From a virus: DNA of 64,000 bases. Positions 11,801 to 22,307 of the stretch are shown here, piece by piece. Made by a program: the position numbers and the translations under genes. Below the pieces are notes generated by a model. It searched no databases and was not told the origin of the DNA. It saw only the letters and a list, made by a program, of their open reading frames with translations. Within the stretch, counting starts at the first letter, position 1, and each line of letters opens with the position of its first letter. The stretch covers positions 1 to 64,000 of the IMG/VR virus record IMGVR_UViG_3300020045_009368. The stretch is one strand, 5' to 3'.

Positions 11801-13463
11801 ATTCTTCTTGAAAATCTAATGCTTGTTTAATTTTAGCTACATTTTCAGGAATAAATACTTTTTTACCATTAACTTCTTTATCTCTAATACCAGTTTCACC
11901 TGTTTCAGGATTTGTGTATTCTTCTGTTTCATATAATGGTGTATTATATATATCATTTAATGCTGAAGATTGACCATTAATTTTATCTCTAAGTCTTTCA
12001 GTTTGAGTTCTATCTCTTTGATCTTGTCTATATCCTTGAACAATAGATATAGGTGAACCTAATATACCACCTAAAAATCCAGCAATTTGACCTTCTGTAG
12101 TTCCTAATGACTTAACAAAATCATTACCAAATGTAAAAGGATCGAAATCTCCTGTAGCATATTCACTAAGTTCTCCTTTAAGTGCGTTATCAACATTTCT
12201 ATGTTCTGTAGATGTTTGAGCTACTTCTTCTGAACCTTCAGATAAAAATGCTTGACCTGTTCTTTTTAAACCTTGTTTAATTGTATTTTTAGTTGTTTTA
12301 TTTGCAACACCATTTACAACTCTATCTAATAATATATTAGATGGGTTTTTACCAAATAATAATTTTGCCTGAATATAATTAGGAATTGCTAATATACCTA
12401 CATTTGTTAAAAATGTATTTCTCATAGCTCTACCTTTTTGTTCTTTAAATGCAGACTCAGCTAATTCATCAGCAACTAATGTTTGAGCATTTTGACTTAG
12501 TTGATTATATTCATCAATAGATATTACATTATTACGTCTATCTATATCTAATTGTTGTAATTTATCTAAAACTTTATTTTGAAATTCTTGAGAATTTACA
12601 TTTAATGTGTTTTTAAAATTATCAACAAATTCAAATTTTCTAGCATCTAAATCATCACCAACTCCTTTAGCTTCAGCACCTGCTTCAAAATAAGTATTAA
12701 GTGCAGGTATAGTAATACTATCAATAGTATCAATAGTTATTCCCGCTGCAGTTAAAGCTTTTCTAGAACCTTCTATTCCTTCACCATAATTAAAATAACG
12801 TGCTAATTTATTAGCTCCACCAAATAATTTACCAGAACCACCAAGCATTTTAAAAGCTGCACCAGGAGCCATAGCAGATATTAAATATCCAACACCATCA
12901 GCTCCTTCAGTTGCCCAAAATTCACCCGATGATATTTTATCTAAAAAATTACCATTTGTTACTGTATCACTTACATAAACAGGTAAATATTCTTCATTAA
13001 TACTTTTAGATATTTTTTCAGCAGCTTTAATAAAATCATTATTAAAAGCAGTTTCTAAAAAATCAGTATTATCTTCACCTGTAACTAAATCTACAGTATT
13101 ACCTGCAAGACCACCAAGTGTACCTACAATAGCTGCTGCAGTTTTAGCTAATTCTAAACCTACTTTATTTGCAACTCTACCACCAAATGCTCCAGTTTCA
13201 GCCCAACCACCTTGTTGTTCAGATCTAAATTCATTAATAGAACCATTAGGATCATTTTCATTAAAACTAGAATCAAAATTAAAATTTTTATCATATTTAG
13301 ATTTACCAAAATCAGTATTATAATATAAATTATTAGAAGATTGTTGAGTTAATTCTCTAAAAGGTCTTAATGTTTTTGAATTATTTGGATTTGGATTTAA
13401 ACTTCTAAAAGTTTTCTTTTGTGTTGGTCCTGGTGAAGAATTACCTATTTCTTCTTCTTCCAT
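8820..13463 (-). CDS. Large ejected virion protein (gp65-like)
   Basis: 1547 aa with Gly/Ala-rich membrane-like N-terminal segments and coiled coils; directly upstream of the vRNAP. Confidence 0.7.
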   Translation of the reverse strand: MEEEEIGNSSPGPTQKKTFRSLNPNPNNSKTLRPFRELTQQSSNNLYYNTDFGKSKYDKNFNFDSSFNENDPNGSINEFRSEQQGGWAETGAFGGRVANKVGLELAKTAAAIVGTLGGLAGNTVDLVTGEDNTDFLETAFNNDFIKAAEKISKSINEEYLPVYVSDTVTNGNFLDKISSGEFWATEGADGVGYLISAMAPGAAFKMLGGSGKLFGGANKLARYFNYGEGIEGSRKALTAAGITIDTIDSITIPALNTYFEAGAEAKGVGDDLDARKFEFVDNFKNTLNVNSQEFQNKVLDKLQQLDIDRRNNVISIDEYNQLSQNAQTLVADELAESAFKEQKGRAMRNTFLTNVGILAIPNYIQAKLLFGKNPSNILLDRVVNGVANKTTKNTIKQGLKRTGQAFLSEGSEEVAQTSTEHRNVDNALKGELSEYATGDFDPFTFGNDFVKSLGTTEGQIAGFLGGILGSPISIVQGYRQDQRDRTQTERLRDKINGQSSALNDIYNTPLYETEEYTNPETGETGIRDKEVNGKKVFIPENVAKIKQALDFQEELSKMYDTAVEEGDIETLEALKKQGEFNIIQNFIGEDVVTLDALNEHLNTIFPTIEKNQDGSAITPEQIKQNTENKERISNVINKAKVLQKDLVSFKDMSTSIIKLNNPKATKEQVADFLNNVGYAFISERSEEYDLKQKYKELKLKQKELQKDQPIDISENTDFIEGKTEDIYKQKKVVNNPRLDLVNKQIQEVQDKLDNFTEATNSTIWDNEFLNKQFDNRIKAEEKIKANNTPEVITKADEANNIIDNATTKEELNNLPKTNTDTDKVIKAKAETKKAELDAIEESNNAEERADAIQEDQDFSNETKYDSLTSTEGSIVTDELIPTEGENNSSEELKTIKTGDVDNGKGVKVISTNRETGEAFNFITEQFPLYLDYEREPVNKKGNEIGFEINQNPGKNPKVLEALKAFNNNDFSNPKLLFDYLPINVQFTNEVKAPIETRRANDEIDPSTEILRTEIINNLINGVNISNIKTTIQDQYKGILKVESDTAENNILQLNGVKDLAYIRENLYVVNSQGQLQNILKGTTSNFKNDKIKPNAAGEIYLTIPQANGTLFPLKLNIKKINENEAQMLTFLYQEILLNNKSLDSTLSDINTVLRTNIEDNFQAELAVIGGNKNDIKLQEIIDLLIYQSDNIKSQMRIENDVLYYGDKQTTADDIFENRANIIDYLINNKRHQIKISPKSETDNTRTNLKSNSANYLKYLVDNNILSTNAVVNEPTFQGYTNIYLNTGVTVNNEPVVSDAGVEVKTEGTGFDSLFENNQKDQNIDVEKVLNDFKNLKNKDLISKFIQLKLYYSKTRVNKITGISQNGDDVKVTIVLKDKIILAGNEQVNDNVLEDFKNYLKKYFNVTTLTERDLNGDVSTILEFEFKSNDKIDTHFPVQNAFSSDKIINNFNIIINNKFKNKPENVRNVQENFVSLSEIPGTVENIELKETQSEVFEAKKGREKAQEIRRMSILFRKQSEGTLTKENEIRDFENFKKAYPEEYKKTCK
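9039..9070 (-). promoter_or_regulatory. Bacteroidota sigma70-type promoter embedded in the gp65-like CDS, upstream of the vRNAP gene
   Basis: Minus strand reads TTAGGAATGTTCAGGAAAATTTTGTATCTTTG, with the same spacing as the intergenic copies. Confidence 0.6.
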
Positions 13464-13465
13464 AA

Positions 13466-15211
13466 TTAATTATTTAAATTATTTTGTGCATTATAAATCC
13501 ATTCTTGAAATTGAGGATCTGTAAATTGTTCATCTACTTTTTCACCATCATTATCTGTATATGAAACATTATATGTTCTTGAATTTTTATTATATTTTAT
13601 TTCAGTATTTTTTAATCCATATTCTTTAAATAAAGGTACATTTAATTTGTGATAAATTCCAGGCTTAGTATCTACAATACCTGAAATTTCATTAATTGTT
13701 TTCATTGCTTTATATTGAGGAGTATCAAAATCATCACTACTTCTACTAACATATACTGTTTTAGTTTCTCCAGTTTCTTTATCAATTAAAACACCTGTTC
13801 TTGCTCCAATATTTTGTTTAGGATTTTTAAATTTATTAACTTTTGATTTAGCTGTCATATCACCACTATAAGTAAAATTATATTTACCCACATCATTTTT
13901 ACTAATTTGCTCACCGTTTTCATCAACCATATTATAAGCACCTATACCAACTCTTTCTAATATTAATGCAGAAGCTGCATTTTTATCTTTTGGAATTTCT
14001 TTAGATGAAAATAATAAAGCTGTTTTATCAACATTAGGATCTACATATTTATTTTGAATTGTAACTGTTTTATTTTCTTCTAAATATTTTTTAACAGCAT
14101 CTTGTACTTCTTTACTTTTATAATCTTTTCCAACTAATGAAGGAATTCCTCTAGTTACAGATCTTGCTAATTGCTTATATTCTTGAGAAGCTAACATTTC
14201 ATTAACTGATTTTTTAGTATCATATTTAAATGTTCCTGCAGTAGAACCTTGTTGACCATTTCCTTCCATTGGTGTTTTTTTACCTTGAAGAACATTTAAC
14301 ATATCTGAATTAGATGTAATATCTACACCTTCAACATTAATTCCTTCTAATTCACCATCATTAGATTCATCTGCTTTTGGTGGAGTATTGTAATTAGCAC
14401 TTTCTGAAGATTTACTTATATCTGATAATTCTAACATTGAATTAAAGTCATTATCAATTCTTTGTTCAGTTACATTTAATCCTGCATCTCTAACATATTT
14501 AGCACCTTCACCTCTTAACCAAGATTGTTTAAATGCTGCTTTTGCTGCTTCAATTTGTTGTGTGTTATTACTTTTAATTCTTTCACCATTTCTAGTAACT
14601 TCCCAAAATCCACCAGAACCATCTGGTTCTAAATGATGTCCTGAAGAAGATAACCCTTGTACAGTTTTACCTAATATAGAATGTGCAATTTGTTTTTCTT
14701 TATCATAATCTTGAAATGCTGCAACTCCTTGTGGTGTTACAGTAGTAATTTTTTTACCATCTTCATCATAACCTGTATAATTTGATGTTTTAGCTTTCCA
14801 TAATAATTCAGCTCTATCTTTACCTATTTTTTCATTAGATGCAGATTTCATAAATTCTTCTTTTTCTTTATTATAAATAACTTTAGCATTATTAATTTGA
14901 CCAACTTCTCCAGTTGGAGATATTAAATCTTGATATTGTCTATTAAGTTTAGTTATATTTTGAAATGTAGTTGAATTATATCCTTCTTTATTTAAAGTAT
15001 CAACATTCTTAGCAATTTCATTATCCATTTGATTTTTTAACTCCATAGCTCTATTTAAATGTACATCTAAAGGATCTGCTTTAATTCTAAGAGCTTCAGC
15101 AGCAGCAATACTAGCATCATGTTTTTGACGCATCATTGTAGGAGCTAAAAGTATCTCTTTAAAATCCAAAGGATTAAACTTTGATACACTTCCATTATCA
15201 TATCTGTTCAT
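13466..15211 (-). CDS. Internal virion/cargo protein
   Basis: 581 aa; lies between the cargo gene and the giant ejection genes. Confidence 0.55.
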   Translation of the reverse strand: MNRYDNGSVSKFNPLDFKEILLAPTMMRQKHDASIAAAEALRIKADPLDVHLNRAMELKNQMDNEIAKNVDTLNKEGYNSTTFQNITKLNRQYQDLISPTGEVGQINNAKVIYNKEKEEFMKSASNEKIGKDRAELLWKAKTSNYTGYDEDGKKITTVTPQGVAAFQDYDKEKQIAHSILGKTVQGLSSSGHHLEPDGSGGFWEVTRNGERIKSNNTQQIEAAKAAFKQSWLRGEGAKYVRDAGLNVTEQRIDNDFNSMLELSDISKSSESANYNTPPKADESNDGELEGINVEGVDITSNSDMLNVLQGKKTPMEGNGQQGSTAGTFKYDTKKSVNEMLASQEYKQLARSVTRGIPSLVGKDYKSKEVQDAVKKYLEENKTVTIQNKYVDPNVDKTALLFSSKEIPKDKNAASALILERVGIGAYNMVDENGEQISKNDVGKYNFTYSGDMTAKSKVNKFKNPKQNIGARTGVLIDKETGETKTVYVSRSSDDFDTPQYKAMKTINEISGIVDTKPGIYHKLNVPLFKEYGLKNTEIKYNKNSRTYNVSYTDNDGEKVDEQFTDPQFQEWIYNAQNNLNN

Positions 15212-16839
15212 TATTTTCTTTTATTTTTAATTAAATAACCACCTAAAGCTTTTTTAGTTGTTTCTGTTGGTAATACACCTTCTTTAGCTGCAGCTTCTTG
15301 TATTTCTGCTGTAGTGGCTTTAGGATTAGCTTTTATATATCTACCTAACCAATCATATCCTGTTGTAGTAGCTGCTATTTTTTTATAAACTTCTTCTTTA
15401 CCTACATCACCAACACCATTACCAATTTCAGCTAAAAATTTAGATTTTTCATTTCTATATGCAGCTTGATTTCTATCATTAATATCAAGTTCTTGATTAG
15501 CTTGATTTAAATTAGTTTGATCAACTCCTAAATCAAATTGTTGTTTAGTTACATTCATTTGTCTATTTTGTCCTGAAGCATTCATATAAGCATCTCCTAA
15601 TGCTTTAGTTTTATTTAAACCTGCTCCAAGTATAGCATTACGAGTAGCTCCAGTAGAACCACCCATTTGAGTAATTGCATTAACAGTATTATCATATTCA
15701 TTACCTGCAATATTTTGCAAACTTCTTTCATCTACATATTCAGGTTTAAATCTAGCATCTAATCTATTTAATCTTTCATATTGAGGTTTTTCAAGTTGAG
15801 ATAATTGATATGCATTCATAGCTATAGGAGCATATCTAGCAGCTTGACCTAATGTATCACCTAATTTAGATAAATTTGCTTTAGGTAATTTATTTGTATT
15901 TAAATTTGGATCTAACTCTGGATTAGAATATCCATTTCTTTCAGATAAATCACCAATTTCAATTCCTCTAGAATCAATTAAACCTTCAGTGTTAGGTGTT
16001 GCTGGTGTATAGTTTTTTTTATCTAATTCAAATTGCGCTGTAGTTTTTGGTCCTACAATACCATCTGCAACTAAACCTTTAGATAATTGATATTTTTTAA
16101 TATCTGCTAAATTAGTTGGTGCTATAAAATCATCAGCTAATGGTATTGGACCTAACCCGTCTAAAATTCCACCACCAGCATACATTTTACCACCATAAGC
16201 AAAATCATTAACAAACTGTGTACCTTGTTTTATATTTTCATTTTTAAGTCTTTTAGTTTCTTCATCTTTATTTAAAAATTTAGAAACCATTGGTGTTATT
16301 GCTTTACCTACAGTACTACCAATTAATCCACCAACAGGACCACCAATAGCAGTTCCAGCTATTCCTAAACCAGTTTCTACTCCAGAATTAATCATTTGCT
16401 CTTTATCTCCACTTAATAATGAAGGTAGCATTTTAGTACCTGCACTAAGATAAGGATCCATACCTTCAGCAGAATCTAATTCACCACCCATAAACATTTG
16501 TTCTTGTGGTAATTCTTGTGGTTTCATAGCTTCTTGAGCTTCTGCTATTTTAGATAACATATTATCTCTAGTAGAAGTTGATATTTTATCATTTCTATCT
16601 TTAAATTTTTTATCTATAAGTTTAGTAGCATCTGCTACAGTTTTATTAGTTAAAGATTTAGGTAATCCATATTGACCTATAATATCTTTATTTAATATAA
16701 TTCTATCACTATAGATAAAATTATTTTGTTTAGTTTCACCTTGTTCTACAGAATTACCTTCGCCTTGAGGAATTCCACCTAAAGGGTTTTGAGAATGTAA
16801 CCCACCTGTATTAAATTGAGTTAAATCATTTTTATTCAT
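15211..16839 (-). CDS. Cargo/ejection protein with glycine zipper and peptidoglycan-binding-like motif
   Basis: N-terminal GGLHSQNPLGG motif, GIAGTAIGGPVGGLIG zipper, YQLSKGLVADGIVGPKT (PG_binding_1-like) and repeated xxGG motifs. Confidence 0.6.
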   Translation of the reverse strand: MNKNDLTQFNTGGLHSQNPLGGIPQGEGNSVEQGETKQNNFIYSDRIILNKDIIGQYGLPKSLTNKTVADATKLIDKKFKDRNDKISTSTRDNMLSKIAEAQEAMKPQELPQEQMFMGGELDSAEGMDPYLSAGTKMLPSLLSGDKEQMINSGVETGLGIAGTAIGGPVGGLIGSTVGKAITPMVSKFLNKDEETKRLKNENIKQGTQFVNDFAYGGKMYAGGGILDGLGPIPLADDFIAPTNLADIKKYQLSKGLVADGIVGPKTTAQFELDKKNYTPATPNTEGLIDSRGIEIGDLSERNGYSNPELDPNLNTNKLPKANLSKLGDTLGQAARYAPIAMNAYQLSQLEKPQYERLNRLDARFKPEYVDERSLQNIAGNEYDNTVNAITQMGGSTGATRNAILGAGLNKTKALGDAYMNASGQNRQMNVTKQQFDLGVDQTNLNQANQELDINDRNQAAYRNEKSKFLAEIGNGVGDVGKEEVYKKIAATTTGYDWLGRYIKANPKATTAEIQEAAAKEGVLPTETTKKALGGYLIKNKRK

Positions 16840-16881
16840 AATTGATTTATATATTGTTTGTTAAGCTTATTTGCATTCTTG

Positions 16882-16913
16882 CAAATATAATAAATTTTAT
16901 TGTTTATTCCAAA
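16882..16913 (-). promoter_or_regulatory. Bacteroidota sigma70-type promoter
   Basis: TTTGG...TATATTTG upstream of the ATG at 16839. Confidence 0.75.
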
Positions 16914-16936
16914 CTATTTATTACATATTTTATAAT

Positions 16937-16981
16937 AAAAAAAGGTATAGAATATATCTTTAGATAATAAACTATACCTTT
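16937..16981 (-). terminator. Intrinsic terminator after the muzzle gene
   Basis: AAAGGTATAG/CTATACCTTT stem followed by a T-tract on the minus strand. Confidence 0.7.
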
Positions 16982-16988
16982 ATTGTTT

Positions 16989-19900
16989 TTAAACTGTATA
17001 TGAAATAATAGGATTATGTAATATTAATTGATAATTATTATTATGTTCATACTGTAATTTTAAATAAGTCCAAGGATTTCTAATACGTTGTCTAGTATTA
17101 TTATTTCTAGGAAGTATTATATTCCAATCTCTAAATTTACGTCTAAGATTTTTATCTCTTGCAAATATTAAAGGTGTTAATGTAGAATCTTGATATTCAT
17201 TATAAGTTTGAACATGTGTTAATGTTCTATCGGGCTGATCTACACCATTTAAATATAATTCAGATTTATATTTAACATTATCTAAAATAGTATCCATATC
17301 TGATTCAGGATTAACTAATAATATAATATAACTAGGATAATATGTATTAAAGAATTGATTATAATTACCTTCATATTGTTTAAATAATTGAGTATTATTA
17401 GGATTTAATGCTAAAAAATTATTACCTCTACTAATATATATACTAGGTATATAATCATGAAAACTTTCAAAAGCTTCAATTAGTTCATTATAAGATAATG
17501 TAGTTGAGTTTGTATCTTGTAAAAATGTAAAAAATACACAATTATTTATAAAATCATAACTTGCAGAAACACCTTGTTTTAAAATAGGATTATCAACAAT
17601 TAAATCATTTACTTGTATTTCATTACTCATATAAGTATGTAATCCTTTTTGATCTGTTAATCCACTAATACCTTGCTTAAACATATTGATTGATTTATTA
17701 ATAATATCAAAATAATAAAAAGCTTGAGGTGAACTTACAACAGACCATTTATTTTTAGTACCTGAATCAGTACTTATATATCTATATTCTTGTAATACTT
17801 TACCAGAACCTAATTCAACTTCTAAACCATCATTTCCATTAACTTGAACTCTGGGTTGTATTGAAAGAAATGCCACTGCAGAATCTTGTAATGTGTATAA
17901 TTCTTCATTAAATTCATGTAATGAATTAATTGCACCATATTTACCATTTAATGTTATAGTGTTATTAGGTTGTAAATCAGTCCAACTATCTATTACTTCA
18001 CCAGGTATTTTTACTTTACTTGATATTACATTAGTATCAAATGAATTAACTCTTTTAAATTTATAATCTAAATCTCGTCTTAATATTAAATTTGAATCTT
18101 GAGAATAAACTCTATTATATTTTTGATATTCTTCATCTTTAGGTTGAAATCTATTATCCCATTCTCTAATTGATAAATCATTTCTATTTTTTAAATCAAC
18201 AGTTGTTTCTACTTTAAATTCTACTATTTCAGTTAATTGTTGAGATGTTTCACTATAAATTTCAGTATCTGTTTTAACTAATTTTGTAAATAAAAAATTA
18301 TTTATAAAAGTATCTCCAAAATGTAAACAATTATATTCATTATTATCTATTAGTTGAAAATCACCTACTTCAATATAATTACTTCTTTTTTTAGATTCAT
18401 AACTATTACCACCATAAATATTACCTAAATATATTAAAAGATTGGGTATTTTAAATTCACCTAAAATACCAATTGAAGGATCTGCAATTAAAGAATCATT
18501 ATATAAATCTTCTATACCTAATCTATCTACAGTATCTAAAGTATTATCACCTAAAGCAAAAGTTATATTTTTAGCGCCCCAACTATTAACACTACTAATA
18601 CCATGATCTGGATGTCCATCTGAACCTTCACCAGTATCTGTAGCTAATAATTCTAAAGAATTATAATAATACATATCTGAATCATTATTATACATTGTTC
18701 GACCTTGACCTTTAGTAACTAAATTTGGAGTTCCGTATATTTCATAAGTATTATTTGAAGATATATAATTACCTCCATATTTTCTATATGTTTGACTAAA
18801 TTCCATTTCAATACTAGGTCTAGGTCCAAAATAACCATATCTAGATATCTGATCTATATCTCCAATTATTTCAATTGTATTTCCAGGTAGTAAAGCTTTT
18901 TCATCTCTAGGACTTATAGCATTAAAAACTTTTATTTCATCTTTTATTTCTTTAGTTTCAATATGTCGCATTTGTGACCAAAGACTATTATAATCATTTT
19001 GAATTCCACCAATAACATTTAATTCTACATCTCCTATATTTTGAATTATATCAAATGTGATTTCAGGAGAAAATAATTGCATTAATTTGTTAAATTGAAA
19101 TGTTCCAAAAGTCCAACCATCACTAGATGGAGATTTATATACTTCATTACCGCCATTACCAGGAATTGCAGGATGAATATTATCAAATCTATCTAATCGT
19201 AAATAACTTTCATTTCCATACATTGGACCTAAAAAATCATCAAATCTTCGCATCATAGATGGTATTTTACTACCATTATTAACTTTATTTATATAATCAA
19301 CTTCTAATGGATCTTCTTCATTATCTCCTGAAGTATCAACTGTTTGAGATAACATTCCATTAATAATACCTTGACATATAATAGTTCTATCTAAAAGAGT
19401 TCTCTCAGCTCTTATTAATCTATAACCAATAGGTTTTAATGATTCATCAAATATACCATCTTCATCTAAAAAATTATTATCATCAGCTAACCAAGTATAA
19501 AATAAAGGTTTTAATGTTATTTTTAAAGATGCGTAACATCCGTTTAAATTAGATTCATCATTTTCTACAATAGTTTTAAAATCAGCAATCCATTTTGGTA
19601 AACTAATTTGACCATAAATATTATAAAATTGAATACCTAATCTATATACTTCATTATCTTTTAAAAATCTTTTTTCAGAATCATCAATATTAAAATCATC
19701 AACGCCTATTTGATTTCTTATAATTTGATATTTTAAATAAGCTCCTTCTCCACCAATTATATCACTATTAAACTGTTTATTAAATATATCATAATTAATA
19801 TTAATTGTAGAATTATCATATGGTACAGTTGTTATACCGTCAATAACATCTTCATTTATTAAAATAGGTGGTTCAGATGATGAAATAATACCACCATCAT

Positions 19901-21065
19901 CAAATAATGAATTATAAACATTTGTTGTAGTATTATCTGTTTCAAATGAAAAAGCTCTTGTATCAATACTATCTAAATTATTATATGTATCAACATCAAA
20001 GTTTTTTTCTTTATAATTCGCAAAAAACATAATATTTTTTTTACTATTGATATGTTTAGGTATAATTATATCAGAACCTAAAAATAAAAATTCTTCTAAT
20101 GATATATTTTCAATAACATTACCATCGTCATAATATACAATTTCTAAATTATCAATAATATTTTGATCATATATCAATGATATTTCAGGTATTTGATTAT
20201 ATGATGTATATTTAACAGCATATAATCTTAAATTTGTATATGTTTGATCTAAATTACTTATTTTAATAATAGGAACAGTACCTACTACTTCATTAATATC
20301 TCCACCTCCATTATCATCACCTTTAGTTAAAGGTATTAAATCTGTTAATGGACTTATTTTAGTTTGAGAACCATTAATTTTATATAAATTATAAGCATAT
20401 TGAATCATACCTGAAGTATGAATTCCTCCTTGAATAGTATCTAATATTTCAGGTTGATCTAAATCAAAAGCACCTACAAATTGAATATTATTAAAACTTA
20501 AATTTATTAATTCTTCAATATCTTGATTTTCTATTGAATGATGTATATTAATAAATCTTGTTTGATGTTTACCATCAACCCAATATACTTTATCAATAGT
20601 TTCATTTTCAAAATTATTAATTACTTGAATTAAATTTTGAGTATTAAATCCAAGATTTCTTAAATAAAGTAATTCAATATCATATGTAACATCATTTACT
20701 TTCCATATACAATCAAAACCACTATTATCTGTAGTAAATAATATAAAATTATCTCTAACTAAACCATGTCCAATTAAAACTTGTGTTCCAGAAATACCAT
20801 AAGAAGCATCTATTTCATCAGTAATATAAGATAATGTTTTATCGTTATAAGATATTACTTTAGTTCCGTAGTTAATAGTAGGAATAGGAATAGTAATTAC
20901 TAAACTATTACCTTTTTCATTACTTACAGCTCCTGTAGACTGTGTATTTGTAGATATAATTTTAATATTTTGACCATGAAAATAAAATTCATTTGGTAAT
21001 AATGACTTAGAAATATCTTTATTTAATCCTTTTTGAAAACTATGTTTTACTTGTTTATTTGCCAT
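16989..21065 (-). CDS. Tail stabilisation/muzzle protein (P22 gp10-like crAss family)
   Basis: 1358 aa; N-terminal FQKGLNKD and C-terminal KFRDWNIILPR...RIRNPW motifs; tail module context. Confidence 0.75.
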   Translation of the reverse strand: MANKQVKHSFQKGLNKDISKSLLPNEFYFHGQNIKIISTNTQSTGAVSNEKGNSLVITIPIPTINYGTKVISYNDKTLSYITDEIDASYGISGTQVLIGHGLVRDNFILFTTDNSGFDCIWKVNDVTYDIELLYLRNLGFNTQNLIQVINNFENETIDKVYWVDGKHQTRFINIHHSIENQDIEELINLSFNNIQFVGAFDLDQPEILDTIQGGIHTSGMIQYAYNLYKINGSQTKISPLTDLIPLTKGDDNGGGDINEVVGTVPIIKISNLDQTYTNLRLYAVKYTSYNQIPEISLIYDQNIIDNLEIVYYDDGNVIENISLEEFLFLGSDIIIPKHINSKKNIMFFANYKEKNFDVDTYNNLDSIDTRAFSFETDNTTTNVYNSLFDDGGIISSSEPPILINEDVIDGITTVPYDNSTININYDIFNKQFNSDIIGGEGAYLKYQIIRNQIGVDDFNIDDSEKRFLKDNEVYRLGIQFYNIYGQISLPKWIADFKTIVENDESNLNGCYASLKITLKPLFYTWLADDNNFLDEDGIFDESLKPIGYRLIRAERTLLDRTIICQGIINGMLSQTVDTSGDNEEDPLEVDYINKVNNGSKIPSMMRRFDDFLGPMYGNESYLRLDRFDNIHPAIPGNGGNEVYKSPSSDGWTFGTFQFNKLMQLFSPEITFDIIQNIGDVELNVIGGIQNDYNSLWSQMRHIETKEIKDEIKVFNAISPRDEKALLPGNTIEIIGDIDQISRYGYFGPRPSIEMEFSQTYRKYGGNYISSNNTYEIYGTPNLVTKGQGRTMYNNDSDMYYYNSLELLATDTGEGSDGHPDHGISSVNSWGAKNITFALGDNTLDTVDRLGIEDLYNDSLIADPSIGILGEFKIPNLLIYLGNIYGGNSYESKKRSNYIEVGDFQLIDNNEYNCLHFGDTFINNFLFTKLVKTDTEIYSETSQQLTEIVEFKVETTVDLKNRNDLSIREWDNRFQPKDEEYQKYNRVYSQDSNLILRRDLDYKFKRVNSFDTNVISSKVKIPGEVIDSWTDLQPNNTITLNGKYGAINSLHEFNEELYTLQDSAVAFLSIQPRVQVNGNDGLEVELGSGKVLQEYRYISTDSGTKNKWSVVSSPQAFYYFDIINKSINMFKQGISGLTDQKGLHTYMSNEIQVNDLIVDNPILKQGVSASYDFINNCVFFTFLQDTNSTTLSYNELIEAFESFHDYIPSIYISRGNNFLALNPNNTQLFKQYEGNYNQFFNTYYPSYIILLVNPESDMDTILDNVKYKSELYLNGVDQPDRTLTHVQTYNEYQDSTLTPLIFARDKNLRRKFRDWNIILPRNNNTRQRIRNPWTYLKLQYEHNNNYQLILHNPIISYTV

Positions 21066-21817
21066 TAGTGTCGATATATTTGTTCTTTAACTCCAAAGTT
21101 ATTATAAAAACTTTGCTGAGGATTTCTATCAATTATCATTCTGTTTACAGAAGACATCATTGTTTCTAAATGATCTAAATTTTGTACCATCATAGATGTT
21201 CCTGCTTGACCTGTATAAAAATGTCTTTTTTGTTCTATATAACTAAATACTTTATCTTGTATTTTACCCATCATCCATAAAGGTTCTAGATATTTATGTA
21301 TAATATAATACTCTAAACCCATTTTAAAAGATTCATTATCTGGTATTAAAGGATAACCAAATTCATCTGAAGATACAGCTTTATAAGATACTTGTATATA
21401 ACCTTCTTTTTTAGAAGTTTGTATAACACAATTATTTACAACATACGAATAATCTAAATTACATCCATCTTCTTCATTTTTATAAATACCACTACCATAT
21501 ATCATAGGAATACCACAATTAGTATCACATATATTTTCACCACTATATCTAACACCTCTAATATTAAATATATTATTTGGTAATAAAGCTTTATATTCGT
21601 TTAATTCTAATGGTGGATCTGTAACTTTAGATTCTAAAGATAACGGAGCACCTATTAATTTTATATATTCTAATGCAAATTCAGCACATTGTTCATAAGA
21701 TAAATCTGTACATAAAGGATTTCTTAATACTTTATACATTATTTGACCTACTGAGGTCATTTTTCCTGATACCATTTTAATATAAATTAAATGCCTGAAA
21801 AGGTTCCAGGTCTTCAT
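21065..21817 (-). CDS. Tail ring/tubular protein
   Basis: 250 aa with SYKAVSSDEFGYPLIPD motif; adjacent to the muzzle gene. Confidence 0.65.
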   Translation of the reverse strand: MKTWNLFRHLIYIKMVSGKMTSVGQIMYKVLRNPLCTDLSYEQCAEFALEYIKLIGAPLSLESKVTDPPLELNEYKALLPNNIFNIRGVRYSGENICDTNCGIPMIYGSGIYKNEEDGCNLDYSYVVNNCVIQTSKKEGYIQVSYKAVSSDEFGYPLIPDNESFKMGLEYYIIHKYLEPLWMMGKIQDKVFSYIEQKRHFYTGQAGTSMMVQNLDHLETMMSSVNRMIIDRNPQQSFYNNFGVKEQIYRH

Positions 21818-22307
21818 TAAGTATTCTTGCAGCTAAACTTCTTGCAAAAAATCTACAAGGTTTAAACTTAAAATATTTTTTATTATAATAAGATGTACCT
21901 ATTTTTCTCATTTTAATTCTAAATATGTATTTAGAAGTATGATTATTTAAATATCTTATTACTAACTTTTTTTCTCTAGCTTCTTCATCATCAAGCCAAA
22001 GTTGATTAGTAGTTTTCCAATCAACTGGATTTTTATTAACAAGTCTATTGTTAACTATTTTTACAACTCTTTTATGTTTTCTTATACAAAAACATATTTG
22101 TGTTTTTACAGGTGTAAATTCTAAACCATCATTTATAATTGATTCTACAATTCTTTTATTAAATTCAGAAATTACTTTATTAAATTTAACAGAATTTTGA
22201 GGTTCTTTAATTGTAGATTTATAATGATTATAATAGTCTTTTATACCATAATCTATTTTTAACTTACCTTCAGTTCTTTTAGCTATCATTTGCATTATTT
22301 GTTTCAT
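21777..22307 (-). CDS. IHF/HU-like protein of the crAss tail module
   Basis: Basic 176 aa with VDWKTT motif; conserved position between ring genes. Confidence 0.55.
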   Translation of the reverse strand: MKQIMQMIAKRTEGKLKIDYGIKDYYNHYKSTIKEPQNSVKFNKVISEFNKRIVESIINDGLEFTPVKTQICFCIRKHKRVVKIVNNRLVNKNPVDWKTTNQLWLDDEEAREKKLVIRYLNNHTSKYIFRIKMRKIGTSYYNKKYFKFKPCRFFARSLAARILNEDLEPFQAFNLY

